Source: an uncultured Pseudomonadota bacterium (GTDB lineage Bacteria > Pseudomonadota > Gammaproteobacteria > Burkholderiales > Methylophilaceae). From it: a stretch of DNA of 64,000 nucleotides. The DNA lies in contig CAIRBH010000006.1 of NCBI GenBank assembly GCA_903876765.1, positions 38,412 through 102,411 of the forward strand. The letters run 5' to 3'. Under the pieces are notes generated by a model, which saw only the letters and a list, made by a program, of their open reading frames with translations, was not told the origin of the DNA and ran no database searches. Position numbers and translations under genes: made by a program. Every line of letters starts with the position of its first letter. Positions within the stretch are counted from its first letter, which is position 1. Below, piece after piece: positions 43,245 to 54,579 of the stretch.

Positions 43245-43964
43245 ATGTTTAAACACTTGTTAGGCTTAAGCTTGCTCACAGCGCTAATCAGCAACGCGAT
43301 GGCTGATGAGCTTAGCGTTAAGAAAGCGGTTGAGGCAGCATATCCAAAATTTAAAGTAGAAAGTGTCAATAAGACACCTTATGCTGGTTTGTATGAGGTG
43401 TTTATGGGTGGGCAAATCGTTTACACCGATGAAAAAATGACTTTTTTGATTGCCGAAGGCCATATCGTTGAGCCTAAGACTAAAAAAGACATTACTGGTG
43501 AGCGCTTAGATGAGCTGACGAAAATTGACTTTTCTAGCTTACCGCTTGAGCAGGCGATTAAGATAGTAAAAGGTAATGGCAGCCGTAAATTGGTGGTTTT
43601 TTCTGACGTTGACTGCCCTTATTGTAAGCGTTTAGAGCAAAATGAACTGGTGAATATTACCGATGTCACCATTTATACTTTTTTATATCCAATAGAGCAG
43701 TTGCACCCTGATGCTGCGACTAAATCTAAATTAATCTGGTGTGCAAGTAATCGCGCTAAAGCATGGGAAGATTGGATATTTAATAATCAGCTAGCTAAAA
43801 CCAATGGCAGTTGTGAAGTGCCATTAGAAAAAATAGGTCAGTTAGCTAAAAAACTTGGCATAACCAGTACGCCTACCCTTATTTTTTCGGATGGCAAGCG
43901 TATGTTAGGCGCACAGCCTTACAAGGAAATTGAGCGTGCTATGCAGGCGGCGCTAAAAAAATAA
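43245..43964 (+). CDS. dsbC: Thiol:disulfide isomerase DsbC
   Basis: Signal peptide, dimerisation domain, DVDCPYC, GITSTP. Confidence 0.92.
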   Translation: MFKHLLGLSLLTALISNAMADELSVKKAVEAAYPKFKVESVNKTPYAGLYEVFMGGQIVYTDEKMTFLIAEGHIVEPKTKKDITGERLDELTKIDFSSLPLEQAIKIVKGNGSRKLVVFSDVDCPYCKRLEQNELVNITDVTIYTFLYPIEQLHPDAATKSKLIWCASNRAKAWEDWIFNNQLAKTNGSCEVPLEKIGQLAKKLGITSTPTLIFSDGKRMLGAQPYKEIERAMQAALKK

Positions 43965-44008
43965 CACGCTGGAAAATAATACGCTGGCTTGATAGGCGTT
44001 TATTTTTT
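43958..44008. terminator. Probable terminator between convergent dsbC and pilC, with duplicated left arm
   Basis: AAAATAACACGCTGG followed by AAAATAATACGCTGG (15-bp tandem duplication), pairing imperfectly with GCGTTTATTTTTT. Confidence 0.55.
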
Positions 44009-44031
44009 GATGTTTAAATCAATCATGGCGG

Positions 44032-45252
44032 CTAAACGACTGAGCCCATTTTGAAGATAGGCAGATATAAAGCAACCACTAGCCCACCGATCAGTGTGCC
44101 TAGTACTACCATGATGACGGGTTCCATTAGGCTAGCTAAAGCATCAACTGCATCATCGACTTCTGCTTCAAAAAAGTCGGCGACTTTGCTCAGCATAGAA
44201 TCTAAAGCACCTGATTCCTCGCCAATCGCAGCCATTTGCATGACCATACTGGGAAAAACGCCGCTCTCTTGCATGGCATTCGTTAAGCTAGTGCCCGTGC
44301 TAATTTGGCCTTGTATTTTCTTTGTAGCTTCATAGTAGACGCGATTACCAGCTGCCCCAGCCACAGAATCTAAAGCCTCTACTAGAGGCACGCCAGCAGA
44401 AAACATGGTGGCTAAAGTGCGTGCCCAGCGGGCAATTGTTGCTTTTCTGATTAGCGGGCCAAATACTGGCAATTTAAGAACTAGCCTATCCATGGTCGCC
44501 TGCATTGCTAAAGAGCGCTTCCATGTGTATAAGAAAAACCATATACCACCGCCTATGCCGCCAAATATTGCCCACCACCAGTTAACGAATATTTCAGAAA
44601 TAGCCATCACTATTAGCGTAGGCGTTGGTAAGTCTGCACCAAAGCCGTCGAATAGCTCTTTAAATGCAGGAATGACAAAAATCATAATCACCGTCACAAT
44701 GATAAATGCCACCACAATAATTGAAATTGGGTAAAACAAGGCGGATTTAATTTTTGATTTAACCGCTTGGATTTTCTCTTTATAAGTGGCCAAGCGATCA
44801 AGCAAGGTGTCTAAAATACCTGCTTGTTCGCCAGCGCCAATCAGGTTGCAAAATAACACATCAAAATAAAGTGGATATTTGCGAAAAGCTGCGCTCAAGC
44901 TACTACCAGTCTCGATATCAGATTTAATATCCATTAATAATTTGCCAACGGCGGGGTTGCTATGACCTTTGCCGACAATATCAAAAGATTGCAGCAGCGG
45001 TACGCCAGCTTTCATCATAGTGGCAAGTTGCCGTGTGAATAAAGTCACGTCTTTATCCGTCACCTTGCCTTTGATGTTGGTTGCGGTTTGTTTTTTGATT
45101 TTTGTAACAGTGATACCTTGGCGACGTAATGTGACATTGACAAAAGAATCACCAGTAGCGCGCATTTCACCCGTGACAATTTTGCCTTTTTTATCTTTGC
45201 CTTCCCAAGCGTAGGTGATTTCTTTGGTCGGTTTAATATTGGCTGCCATCAT
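44032..45252 (-). CDS. pilC: Type IV pilus/T2SS inner-membrane platform protein (GspF/PilC family)
   Basis: FTRQLATMMKAGVPL, GEQAG.L, GEESG.LD, LMEP...LPIF. Confidence 0.93.
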   Translation of the reverse strand: MMAANIKPTKEITYAWEGKDKKGKIVTGEMRATGDSFVNVTLRRQGITVTKIKKQTATNIKGKVTDKDVTLFTRQLATMMKAGVPLLQSFDIVGKGHSNPAVGKLLMDIKSDIETGSSLSAAFRKYPLYFDVLFCNLIGAGEQAGILDTLLDRLATYKEKIQAVKSKIKSALFYPISIIVVAFIIVTVIMIFVIPAFKELFDGFGADLPTPTLIVMAISEIFVNWWWAIFGGIGGGIWFFLYTWKRSLAMQATMDRLVLKLPVFGPLIRKATIARWARTLATMFSAGVPLVEALDSVAGAAGNRVYYEATKKIQGQISTGTSLTNAMQESGVFPSMVMQMAAIGEESGALDSMLSKVADFFEAEVDDAVDALASLMEPVIMVVLGTLIGGLVVALYLPIFKMGSVV

Positions 45253-45322
45253 AATTCCTTATATTATTCATTGCTATAAGCCTTTATACGCCTCAATTTT
45301 ATTCCGCTTTTTTTTAAATAAA

Positions 45323-46579
45323 CTACATATTCGCAATAATTTCTTCACCAAATTGCGCAGTACCTACTTGCGTTGCGCCCTGCATTTCACTTGAGAAGTC
45401 GCCAGTGACACGTTTAGCCAAGATGGCTTTTGCTACGCCATGAATGACTAAATCGGCCGCTTCAGTCCAGCCTAGATGACGTAACATCATTTCGGCTGAA
45501 AGTATGATGGAGCTTGGGTTGGCAAGGTCTTTGCCAGCTATTTTAGGCGCTGTGCCGTGCGTGGCCTCAAACATAGCGACGGTATCGCTTAAGTTAGCGC
45601 CTGGTGCGATGCCTATACCACCTACTTGCGCTGCCAGTGCATCACTCATGTAGTCACCGTTTAAGTTAAGCGTGGCTACGACGTCATAATCTTGTGGGTG
45701 TAATAAAATTTCTTGTAAAAAAGCATCCGCAATACAATCTTTAATGATCATACCGCAAGGTAATTTGCACCATGGGCCGCCGTCAATTTCAACCGCGCCA
45801 AATTCTTGTTTAGCAACTTCGTAACCCCAGTCTCTAAAGCCACCTTCGGTAAATTTCATGATATTGCCTTTGTGGGCAATCGTGACAGATTTACGATTGT
45901 TATCGATGGCATATTGTATAGCCTTGCGAACTAAGCGCTTGCTGCCATCAATAGAAACAGGCTTAATGCCAATCGCGGAAGATTCAGGGAAGCGAATTTT
46001 TTTACGCATGCCCATGTCGCTTAAAAATTGAATGACTTTTTCTACTTCATCGGTCCCTGCCGCCCATTCTATGCCCGCATAAATATCTTCGGTATTTTCT
46101 CTAAAAATCACCATATCGGTTTTTTCTGGGTGTTTGACTGGGCTAGGCACGCCAGGAAAATATTGCACAGGCCGTAAACATACGTATAAGTCTAATTCTT
46201 GGCGCAGCGAAACGTTTAATGAACGTATGCCACCCCCTACTGGCGTGGTCAGCGGCCCTTTAATTGACACAACATAGTCACGCACTGCGCTCATGGTCTC
46301 AGCTGGCAACCAATCGTTAGCGCCATAAACTTTCGTGGCTTTTTCGCCAGCATAAACTTCCATCCATGAGATTTTTCTCTTGCCACCATAAGCCTTATTG
46401 ACGGCGGCATCTACTACTTTAATCATAGGCGGGGTAATATCTGCGCCTATGCCATCACCCTCAATAAATGGGATAATGGGCTGGTCTGGCACATTCAGTG
46501 AGTTATCTGCGTTAACGGTGATTTTCTCGCCTGCAGTTGGCACGATAATTTTGCCAGTAATCGTATTTTTTGTAGCCAT
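45323..46579 (-). CDS. icd: Homodimeric isocitrate dehydrogenase (E. coli-type subfamily)
   Basis: [52 protein letters not shown]. Confidence 0.97.
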   Translation of the reverse strand: MATKNTITGKIIVPTAGEKITVNADNSLNVPDQPIIPFIEGDGIGADITPPMIKVVDAAVNKAYGGKRKISWMEVYAGEKATKVYGANDWLPAETMSAVRDYVVSIKGPLTTPVGGGIRSLNVSLRQELDLYVCLRPVQYFPGVPSPVKHPEKTDMVIFRENTEDIYAGIEWAAGTDEVEKVIQFLSDMGMRKKIRFPESSAIGIKPVSIDGSKRLVRKAIQYAIDNNRKSVTIAHKGNIMKFTEGGFRDWGYEVAKQEFGAVEIDGGPWCKLPCGMIIKDCIADAFLQEILLHPQDYDVVATLNLNGDYMSDALAAQVGGIGIAPGANLSDTVAMFEATHGTAPKIAGKDLANPSSIILSAEMMLRHLGWTEAADLVIHGVAKAILAKRVTGDFSSEMQGATQVGTAQFGEEIIANM

Positions 46580-46623
46580 TTAGTTTTCCTAACCTGATGT
46601 TTTTAATAATTTAAGCTGATCGA

Positions 46624-47154
46624 ATGATTATTTTATTTAACAAACCCTTTAACGTAGTCTGCCAGTTTAGTGCGCATGACAAGCACCCTACGTTAAAAGA
46701 CTTTATCCCTGTACCCCATGTATACGCCGCAGGACGACTAGATACAGATAGCGAAGGTTTACTTATTTTAACCGATGATGGCCAGTTGCAACATCGTTTA
46801 AGTGACCCAAAACACAAAGAATTTAAAACATATTGGGTACAGGTCGAGGGTGTTCCTAGCGATAGCGACTTACTGCCTCTTAGTTTAGGTATAGATTTAA
46901 CAGATTTTATCGCAAAACCTGCTCAAGTCAGGCGAATGCCAGCGCCACAAAATTTGTGGCTGAGAACGCCCCCCATCCGCGAACGAAAGGCAATACCCAC
47001 CAGTTGGCTAGAAATTAAAATTTGCGAGGGTAAAAATAGGCAAGTGAGGCGCATGACGGCAAAAATTGGCTTTCCTACGCTAAGATTGATACGTTATGCC
47101 ATTGGTCCATACAGTATAGATAATATTGAAATAGGGCAATATAAGGTAGTTTAG
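46624..47154 (+). CDS. rluE: Pseudouridine synthase (RluE-like, RsuA family)
   Basis: [27 protein letters not shown]; divergent from icd. Confidence 0.88.
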   Translation: MIILFNKPFNVVCQFSAHDKHPTLKDFIPVPHVYAAGRLDTDSEGLLILTDDGQLQHRLSDPKHKEFKTYWVQVEGVPSDSDLLPLSLGIDLTDFIAKPAQVRRMPAPQNLWLRTPPIRERKAIPTSWLEIKICEGKNRQVRRMTAKIGFPTLRLIRYAIGPYSIDNIEIGQYKVV

Positions 47155-47168
47155 AAAGGTATTTTAAA

Positions 47169-47903
47169 ATGAATTTAGCGAACAAGCCGGTAGACATAAA
47201 GCCTGTCATAATTTTTAAGAATGTGGCACATGAAGGCCCAGGTTATTTAGGCGATTTTTTAACATTACAAGGCATCCCTTGGCAAACCGTGAATAGCCAT
47301 GAACTTGCGCTGTTACCAAAATCAGTCTTGCCATATAGTGGCGTGGTGCTAATGGGCGGCCCCATGAGTGTCAATGATGACCTGCCTTGGATTGCACCAG
47401 TGTTGGAGTTGATTCGCGAGGCAAAAGCCGCCGATATTCCATTACTTGGGCATTGTCTAGGTGGTCAGTTGATGACCAAAGCGCTAGGCGGTGTTGTGCA
47501 AAAAAATGCCTTTAAAGAAATTGGTTGGGGCGAGGTAGTCGTGAGCCAAAACCAAGCTGCAAGCGATTGGTTTGGTGAAATTGAAATTTTTAATAGCTTT
47601 CATTGGCATGGCGAAACATTTAGCCTGCCTGAAGGCGCGGTTCACTTGTTATCAAGCCCGCATTGCCAACATCAGGCTTATGCCATAGGCAAACATTTGG
47701 CCTTGCAAACGCATGTAGAAGTGACGGCGCAGATGGTGCAAACTTGGTGTGAACATGGCCTTGACGAATTGCTTGAATCTGCCAGCAGTCCTGCCGTGCA
47801 AACGGCAAATGCGATGCAAGAAAACTTGCCTTTGCACTGTTTTTTTCTCAATAAAGTGGCAAAACAGCTTTATGGGCAGTGGATTAAGGGCTTGGTGTAT
47901 TGA
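47169..47903 (+). CDS. Type 1 glutamine amidotransferase-like protein
   Basis: MGGPMSV, GHCLG nucleophile elbow, EIGW, WHGE, QTHVE. Confidence 0.88.
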   Translation: MNLANKPVDIKPVIIFKNVAHEGPGYLGDFLTLQGIPWQTVNSHELALLPKSVLPYSGVVLMGGPMSVNDDLPWIAPVLELIREAKAADIPLLGHCLGGQLMTKALGGVVQKNAFKEIGWGEVVVSQNQAASDWFGEIEIFNSFHWHGETFSLPEGAVHLLSSPHCQHQAYAIGKHLALQTHVEVTAQMVQTWCEHGLDELLESASSPAVQTANAMQENLPLHCFFLNKVAKQLYGQWIKGLVY

Positions 47904-47931
47904 TACCGGCTGTCTTGATAGGGCGTCAGTA

Positions 47932-47940
47932 TGTTAAAAT
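47932..47940 (+). promoter_or_regulatory. Putative extended -10 element upstream of aroC
   Basis: TGTTAAAAT 27 nt before the ATG; same 9-mer as upstream of murJ. Confidence 0.4.
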
Positions 47941-47967
47941 CAGGTCAATTCATTAGAGAACAGTATT

Positions 47968-49062
47968 ATGTCTGGTAACACTATTGGCACAATTTTTACC
48001 TTAACTTCATTTGGCGAGTCGCACGGCGCAGCCATAGGCGGCATTGTAGATGGCTGCCCGCCAGGATTAGCGCTGTGTGCCGAAGATTTGCAGCTAGATT
48101 TAGATAGGCGCAAACCAGGTACCTCACGCCATGTGACGCAGCGCCAAGAGTCCGATGCGGTGGAGATTCTATCTGGCGTGTTTGAGGGCAAAACGACTGG
48201 CGCGCCTATAGGCTTGTTGATACGCAATACCGACCAACGCAGCCATGACTACAGCAAAATCATGGATACTTTCCGTCCAGGTCATGCGGACTATACTTAT
48301 GCGCAAAAATACGGTGTGCGTGATTATCGTGGCGGTGGGCGGTCTAGTGCACGTGAAACAGCGGTGCGTGTGGCGGCTGGGGCGATTGCCAAAAAGTGGC
48401 TGCATGAGCGCTTTGGCATTACCGTACGCGGCTATATGAGCCAAATGGGCGAGATTGAAATCCCGTTTGTCAGTTGGGATGCGCTCAGCCATCAAGATAA
48501 TGATTTTTTCTCACCTAATATTGAAATTTTGCCGCAATTGGCCAGCTATTTAGATCAAGTGCGCTTAGCGCGTGACTCTATAGGGGCTGGCATTACCGTG
48601 GTCGCCGAGGGGGTGCCTGTCGGTTGGGGCGAGCCTGTGTTTGATAGACTGGATGCAGAAATTGCCTATGCCATGATGAGTATTAATGCGGTTAAGGGTG
48701 TAGAAATTGGTGCGGGATTTGCCGCGATTGCACAGCGAGGCAGCGTGCACTCTGATGAAATGACCCCACAAGGTTTTGTAACAAACCATGCGGGCGGGAT
48801 TTTGGGCGGTATTTCTACTGGACAAGAAATACGGGTTAATGTGGCGTTGAAACCCACTTCTAGCATTCCGCAAGAGCGCCGCTCTATTGATAAAAATGGC
48901 CTAGCGGTGACGATGCAAACCACAGGACGCCATGACCCTTGTGTGGGTGTGCGAGCCACGCCGATTGCAGAGGCAATGCTGGCCTTGGTATTGATGGATC
49001 ACGCGCTGCGGCACCGTGCTCAAAATGCCGATGTAGTGACGACAACGCCAAAAATTATTTAA
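47968..49062 (+). CDS. aroC: Chorismate synthase
   Basis: FGESHG, RPGHAD, RSSARET, KPTSSI, GRHDPC. Confidence 0.98.
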   Translation: MSGNTIGTIFTLTSFGESHGAAIGGIVDGCPPGLALCAEDLQLDLDRRKPGTSRHVTQRQESDAVEILSGVFEGKTTGAPIGLLIRNTDQRSHDYSKIMDTFRPGHADYTYAQKYGVRDYRGGGRSSARETAVRVAAGAIAKKWLHERFGITVRGYMSQMGEIEIPFVSWDALSHQDNDFFSPNIEILPQLASYLDQVRLARDSIGAGITVVAEGVPVGWGEPVFDRLDAEIAYAMMSINAVKGVEIGAGFAAIAQRGSVHSDEMTPQGFVTNHAGGILGGISTGQEIRVNVALKPTSSIPQERRSIDKNGLAVTMQTTGRHDPCVGVRATPIAEAMLALVLMDHALRHRAQNADVVTTTPKII

Positions 49063-49086
49063 GTTTTTATTGTATAAGGAAGTATT

Positions 49087-49323
49087 ATGAATATTGAGCA
49101 TCACGATTTGGCACACGAATTTCCAGAGCATCGCGAAAAAATACACAGTCTAAAAATTGAAAACGCCCATTTTTTAAAGCTGTTTGAGTCCTATCATACG
49201 GTCACTAAAGAGGTTGAACGTTTAGAGGGCGAGGGGATTCCCGTCGCAGATGAGACCTTGCTGGCACATAAAAAGCAACGCGCCTTATTAAAAGATCAGC
49301 TTTATGCCATGATCATCGCTTAG
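49087..49323 (+). CDS. YdcH/DUF465 family small helical protein
   Basis: HHDLAHEFPE...IHSLK..NAHF.KLF..YH...KKQR..LKDQLY pattern. Confidence 0.85.
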   Translation: MNIEHHDLAHEFPEHREKIHSLKIENAHFLKLFESYHTVTKEVERLEGEGIPVADETLLAHKKQRALLKDQLYAMIIA

Positions 49324-49332
49324 GGATTGCGT

Positions 49333-49366
49333 ATAAAAAAAGTCGGCGATTGCCGACTTTTTTTAT
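49333..49366. terminator. Rho-independent terminator
   Basis: ATAAAAAAAGTCGGC-GATT-GCCGACTTTTTTTAT perfect 15-bp stem. Confidence 0.9.
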
Positions 49367-49387
49367 CATCTAAGTCATCTAAACTAT

Positions 49388-50560
49388 ATGCATACCCACC
49401 TTCATAGGCGACTGGCTCGCTTTTACTTTACTTACTATTTCTTTGTTGGGGCATTTGTGCCTTACTGGGGTTTGTATTTAAAGTCCGAGCAATTTAGTCC
49501 TGCTGATATTGGCATCTTGATGTCATTGTTTCAAATCAGCCGTATTTTTGCCCCCAATTTTTGGGGTTGGTTGGCTGACCATACTGGCAAGCGTGTGCAG
49601 TGGATCAAACTGACGTCCTTTTTAGGCTTATGTGGCTTTACTGCTGTGTTTTGGGCACATGGTTTTTATTGGCTATTTTTTGTGATGGCGGCATTAAGCT
49701 TGTTCACCAGCTCAACTTTGCCATTGGCAGAATCGCTGACCTTAGCGCACTTGGCCACCAGTAACGGCCATTACAGCCGTATTCGTATGTGGGGCTCTTT
49801 AGGTTTTATAGTGGCGGCGGTGATATTAGGCTTTTTAATTGATTTAACTGGCATTAAAAGTCTATTGTGGTTTTTGCTGATAGTGCAAATGACCTTATTC
49901 ATACTGGCGCATAGCTTGCCAGACCCCAAAATACTGGCACATGAGCATGATCATTATTCAATTTGGCAAGTGATTAAGCAGCCCAATGTGATTGCTTTGT
50001 TGGTGGGTTGTGCGCTGATGGTGACGGCGCATGGCGTGCTGTATAACTTTTACTCTATCTATTTGAGTGATCATGGTTACAGCAAATCCATGATAGGTTT
50101 GCTGTGGGCGGTAGGTGTGCTGTGCGAAATTGGCATTTTTCTATTGATGCCAAAAATCATGGTGCGATACAGCCTAAAAACTATTTTACTGACCAGTTTA
50201 GCGCTGGCTGTGCTTAGATTTGGCATGATAGGGCTGGCGGTAGATAGCATTTCGATGTTAATTCTGGCGCAAACCTTGCACGCTGCAACTTTTGGTAGCT
50301 TTCATGCCGCTTCTGTTGAGGTGATTAGCCAGTTTTTTAATGGGCGTCACCAAGCAAAAGGTCAGGCTATATACAATAGTGTGGCCTACGGCATAGGCGG
50401 CACCATAGGCGGTGTGGCAGGTGGCTATGCCTTGCAGTACTTGGGCGGCCAGCAAACATTCATGCTGGCTGCTATTTTTCCTTTATTAGGTTTGTTGGTG
50501 ATAGGCCTAGGCTTAAAGCTGACTAAGCGACTAGCAGCCACAAAAGGCATGTTTGGTTAG
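49388..50560 (+). CDS. MFS transporter (HcaT/MFS_1_like)
   Basis: About 12 hydrophobic segments, [31 protein letters not shown]. Confidence 0.85.
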   Translation: MHTHLHRRLARFYFTYYFFVGAFVPYWGLYLKSEQFSPADIGILMSLFQISRIFAPNFWGWLADHTGKRVQWIKLTSFLGLCGFTAVFWAHGFYWLFFVMAALSLFTSSTLPLAESLTLAHLATSNGHYSRIRMWGSLGFIVAAVILGFLIDLTGIKSLLWFLLIVQMTLFILAHSLPDPKILAHEHDHYSIWQVIKQPNVIALLVGCALMVTAHGVLYNFYSIYLSDHGYSKSMIGLLWAVGVLCEIGIFLLMPKIMVRYSLKTILLTSLALAVLRFGMIGLAVDSISMLILAQTLHAATFGSFHAASVEVISQFFNGRHQAKGQAIYNSVAYGIGGTIGGVAGGYALQYLGGQQTFMLAAIFPLLGLLVIGLGLKLTKRLAATKGMFG

Positions 50561-51369
50561 GATTTAGCTTGGCGTTTATCGTTCTCAATCAATGCGTAAG
50601 CAGAATGATTGTGTATGGACTCAAAATTTTCACTTTCTACCGTGTAGGCAATAATGCGAGTTTCGGCATTTAACTGAGCGGCCACATCACGCACCATATC
50701 TTCAACAAATTTAGGATTATCGTAGGCGCGTTCGGTGACGAATTTTTCATCTGGCCGTTTGAGTAAGCCATAAAGCTCGCAAGACGCCTGTTTTTCAACC
50801 AGATCAATAATATCCTCAATCCAAATAAAGTCGTTAATCAGCGCGGTAACTGTGACGTGGGATCGTTGATTGTGCGCACCATAGTCAGATATTTTTTTAC
50901 TGCATGGGCATAAGCTAGTGACTGGCACTAATACTTTCACGGTGATTTCAATTTTGCCGTGACTAATTGCGCCAATAAAAGTAACCTCGTAATCGAGTAA
51001 GCTCTTAACGCCAGAAATAGGCGCTGCCTTGTTCACAAAATATGGAAAAGCCATTTCGACGTGGCCAGATTCGGCTTCTAGGCGCTTGACCATCTCGCGC
51101 AATATGGTTTCAAATGACTCTATGGAAATAGCGTGTTCATTCATGTTAAGAATTTCAACGAAACGCGACATGTGCGTCCCCTTGAATTGCTGTGGCAAAT
51201 GCACATACATATTAAACATGGCAACAGTATGTTGCTCGCCGCCTGATTTGTCTTTGACTATGACTGGGTGACGTATCGCTTTAATGCCTACTTTATCAAT
51301 AGCGATGTGGCGCGTATCTGCGGTATTTTGTACGTCTTCAATTGGGTTTGCGGGTGCAGCTTGGCTCAT
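50557..51369 (-). CDS. folE2: GTP cyclohydrolase IB
   Basis: [38 protein letters not shown]. Confidence 0.96.
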   Translation of the reverse strand: MSQAAPANPIEDVQNTADTRHIAIDKVGIKAIRHPVIVKDKSGGEQHTVAMFNMYVHLPQQFKGTHMSRFVEILNMNEHAISIESFETILREMVKRLEAESGHVEMAFPYFVNKAAPISGVKSLLDYEVTFIGAISHGKIEITVKVLVPVTSLCPCSKKISDYGAHNQRSHVTVTALINDFIWIEDIIDLVEKQASCELYGLLKRPDEKFVTERAYDNPKFVEDMVRDVAAQLNAETRIIAYTVESENFESIHNHSAYALIENDKRQAKS

Positions 51370-51414
51370 TGTATATCCTAAGATGGCGAATTTTAATAAT
51401 AGTTGAGTATAACA

Positions 51415-53301
51415 CTAGGTTATTATGGGAGCAATTGCATTAGTAATACCTATGGCATCTAGGCCGCATGCCGCCAGCATAGCTTCATGATCGCCATGCT
51501 CTATAAATTGATCTGGCAGCCCTAAACATAAGGTTTTTATACAGCGCTTATTGTTCATTTGTATGCCCTGCAAAGCTTCAAGTACGGCTGAGCCTGCTCC
51601 GCCCATCAGGCTATTTTCTTCTACAGTGACAATGAGGTCATGGTCTTGGCTAAGTTTTTCAATGATAGATTGGTCTATAGGCTTAATAAAGCGCATATTA
51701 ACCACAGTGGCATCTAGTTGTTCGCCAGCTTGTAGGCAGGCATGCAGTCTGCTACCAAAGCTCAGAATCGCGACTTTTGGTTTAGCATTAGTATTGCTGG
51801 TATGACGCTTAATTTCTGCCTGGCCTATGGGGATAGCCAGCATTTTTTGCTCAATGGCGACCCCAGGCCCAGTGCCCCTTGGGTAACGTACTGCACTTAC
51901 GCCGTTGTATTGAAAGCCAGTAAACAGCATTTGCCTACATTCATTTTCATCACTAGGCGCCATGATAACGACATTAGGGATGCACCTTAAAAAGCTTAAA
52001 TCAAAGCTGCCAGCATGAGTGGGGCCGTCTGCGCCTACTAGGCCAGCACGATCAATAGCCAGTAAAACGGGTAAATTCTGCAAGGCAACATCATGAATAA
52101 GCTGGTCATAAGCACGTTGTAAAAAGGTGCTGTAAATGGCTACTACGGGTTTTAATCCATCGCAAGCTAAGCCTGCGGCAAAGGTTAGGGCATGTTGCTC
52201 GGCAATACCTACGTCAAAATATCGCTCAGGGTATTTGCTGGCAAAGGCATTTAAGCTAGACCCGTCACACATGGCGGGGGTAATGCCAACTAGTCTGGTA
52301 TCTTGGTCAGCCATATCTACCAGCCAATCGCCGAACACTTGCGTGTAAGTTTGCTTAAGTGCGCTGTCAATGACCTCACCGTTGTATGGGTTGAATTTTC
52401 CTATGCCATGAAATTTATTCGGATTAAGTTCTGCTGGCTCAAAGCCTTTGCCTTTTTGCGTAACTATGTGCAAAAACTGCGGCCCTTTTAACTTTTTGAT
52501 GTTGGCCAGCGTGTCAATTAGGGTGTCAAGATTATGGCCGTCTATGGGGCCTATATAATTAAAACCAAATTCTTCAAATAGTGTACCTGGCATGACCATG
52601 CCTTTGACATGCTCTTCGGCACGCCTAGCAAATTCCATCATGTGTGGCATGGTAGATAAGACTTTTTTGCCTGAGCTACGCACCGTATTATAAAAGCGGC
52701 TAGACAGCAGCTTGGTGAGGTAGTTATTGAGCGCACCGACATTGTTAGAAATGCTCATGTCATTGTCGTTAAGTATGACCAATAGATTAGCGTTCATGCT
52801 GCCAGCGTTATTCAAGCCCTCAAACGCCATGCCAGCGGTCATTGCGCCATCACCGATAATTGCAATCGCGCGTCTTTCAATGCCGGCTTTTTGCGCTGCT
52901 ACTGCCATGCCCAGCGCGGCAGAAATCGAAGTGCTAGAATGGCCCGTGCCAAAAGTATCGTATTCACTTTCAGTGCGACGCGGAAAGCCAGCGATGCCTT
53001 TATTTTTTCGTAAAGACTGCATGGCATCACGTCTGCCAGTCAATATTTTATGGGTGTAGGTTTGATGGCCGACATCCCAAACTAAGCGATCATCAGGCGT
53101 ATTAAATACATAATGCAGGGCGATGGTGAGTTCAACCACTCCTAAATTTGAAGCTAGATGTCCGCCAGTTTTAGCCACACTATCAATTAAAAATGTGCGT
53201 AATTCTTCAGCAAGCGTTAACAGCTCTTTACGCCCTAGCTGCCTTAGTTGCACTGGTGAGTCTATGGAATTGAGTAGTGTAGTCAAAAGCGTGTAGGCCA
53301 A
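51415..53301 (-). CDS. dxs: 1-deoxy-D-xylulose-5-phosphate synthase
   Basis: [26 protein letters not shown]...EGLNN, IAEQH, DGPTH. Confidence 0.98.
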   Translation of the reverse strand: MAYTLLTTLLNSIDSPVQLRQLGRKELLTLAEELRTFLIDSVAKTGGHLASNLGVVELTIALHYVFNTPDDRLVWDVGHQTYTHKILTGRRDAMQSLRKNKGIAGFPRRTESEYDTFGTGHSSTSISAALGMAVAAQKAGIERRAIAIIGDGAMTAGMAFEGLNNAGSMNANLLVILNDNDMSISNNVGALNNYLTKLLSSRFYNTVRSSGKKVLSTMPHMMEFARRAEEHVKGMVMPGTLFEEFGFNYIGPIDGHNLDTLIDTLANIKKLKGPQFLHIVTQKGKGFEPAELNPNKFHGIGKFNPYNGEVIDSALKQTYTQVFGDWLVDMADQDTRLVGITPAMCDGSSLNAFASKYPERYFDVGIAEQHALTFAAGLACDGLKPVVAIYSTFLQRAYDQLIHDVALQNLPVLLAIDRAGLVGADGPTHAGSFDLSFLRCIPNVVIMAPSDENECRQMLFTGFQYNGVSAVRYPRGTGPGVAIEQKMLAIPIGQAEIKRHTSNTNAKPKVAILSFGSRLHACLQAGEQLDATVVNMRFIKPIDQSIIEKLSQDHDLIVTVEENSLMGGAGSAVLEALQGIQMNNKRCIKTLCLGLPDQFIEHGDHEAMLAACGLDAIGITNAIAPIIT

Positions 53302-53338
53302 AATGGATTAATAAAATGTGTGGTCATAGTGAGGCTAG

Positions 53339-54253
53339 TTAAAAGCTACGTTGCATAATAAAGTCTGCCAATTCTTTTAGTCTAAGCGCGGTATTGCCAA
53401 AAGGGCTAAGGGCGTTGATTGCATTGGCATGTAAATGCTGAGCGTGCTGCTTAGCTAGCGCTAAACCTAGTATAGTCACGTAGGTCGGTTTGTTGCTATT
53501 GGCATCTTTGCCAGCTGTTTTTCCTAATATTTGGGTATCCGATTCAACATCTAAAATATCATCGACGACCTGAAATGCCAGGCCGATATTTGTTGCAAAA
53601 GTACGCACGGCAGCTAGCTCTAAGGCTGAGCCACTTGCTGCGCCAAGTAATACGGCGGCTTGTATCAGTGCGCCAGTTTTTAGCTGATGCATAGATTCAA
53701 GCTCAGCTTGTGTGAGCGGCTTGCCAACGGCGGCTAAGTCTATGGCTTGACCACCCGCCATACCCAATGAGCCTGAGGCGCGAGCTAAAACTTGTAGTAT
53801 ATTCACTTGCAGTGTGGCTTGATGAGCGTTTAGTGGCCTAGACAGCACATCAAAAGCCAAACTTTGCAGAGCATCCCCAACTAGCAAGGCGGTGGCATCG
53901 TCATATTGTTTGTGACAACTTGGTTTGCCACGCCGCAAGTCATCATCATCCATGCATGGCATATCATCGTGCACTAAAGAATAAGCGTGTATCAGCTCAA
54001 CCGCACAGGCTGCGGCGTCGGCCATGGCTTCATCGCCATGACATAATTCAGAGGCCGCATAACAAAGCAAAGCGCGCACGCGTTTGCCGCCACCTAGGGC
54101 ACTATAGCGCATGGCACTATGCAAGGTTTGTGGGGCTAAATCAGCGCTGGGCAAAGTTAAATCCAGCAACTGTTGTATGCGTGATTGCTTAGCTAGCGCC
54201 CAGTCTGCAAAAGCCAGTGCGCCGCCATTAGCCAGTTGCAAGCTATTCATCAT
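53339..54253 (-). CDS. ispA: Farnesyl diphosphate synthase
   Basis: GGKRVR, HDDMPCMDDDDLRRG, GQAID, FQVVDD. Confidence 0.95.
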   Translation of the reverse strand: MMNSLQLANGGALAFADWALAKQSRIQQLLDLTLPSADLAPQTLHSAMRYSALGGGKRVRALLCYAASELCHGDEAMADAAACAVELIHAYSLVHDDMPCMDDDDLRRGKPSCHKQYDDATALLVGDALQSLAFDVLSRPLNAHQATLQVNILQVLARASGSLGMAGGQAIDLAAVGKPLTQAELESMHQLKTGALIQAAVLLGAASGSALELAAVRTFATNIGLAFQVVDDILDVESDTQILGKTAGKDANSNKPTYVTILGLALAKQHAQHLHANAINALSPFGNTALRLKELADFIMQRSF

Positions 54254-54537
54254 TGAGGGTCTTGAGATTTAAACTGTAACAGCTGATTACGCTCATTTAA
54301 AATTTGTACTTGCTGCTCTACGTCTACAAGAGATTGTTGGCAATATTGCAGTAATGCGTTACCGCGCTGATAGGCGGCCAATGAACGCTCTAAGGGCAGC
54401 TGCCCAGATTCCATTTGTGCGACTATGCTTTCTAAAGCGGCGTAAGCTTGCTCAAAATTTTCTGGCGCTTCAATTGCGGGTTCTGCCGCATGATTTATAG
54501 AGAGTTTTGTGGTTATTTTGGCTTTAGCGTCAGTCAT
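54250..54537 (-). CDS. xseB: Exodeoxyribonuclease VII small subunit
   Basis: FEQAYAALESIVAQMESGQLPLE.SL..YQRG; xseB-ispA-dxs order. Start moved to ATG 54537. Confidence 0.92.
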   Translation of the reverse strand: MTDAKAKITTKLSINHAAEPAIEAPENFEQAYAALESIVAQMESGQLPLERSLAAYQRGNALLQYCQQSLVDVEQQVQILNERNQLLQFKSQDPQ

Positions 54538-54579
54538 AGCAATTATTGAGATGAAATCAATTGTATATTCTACCAAATC

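Noticed and set aside
44007-44022. FNR-like TTGAT-N6-ATCAA
   Set aside because: Wrong spacing (FNR needs N4) and located between two 3' ends.
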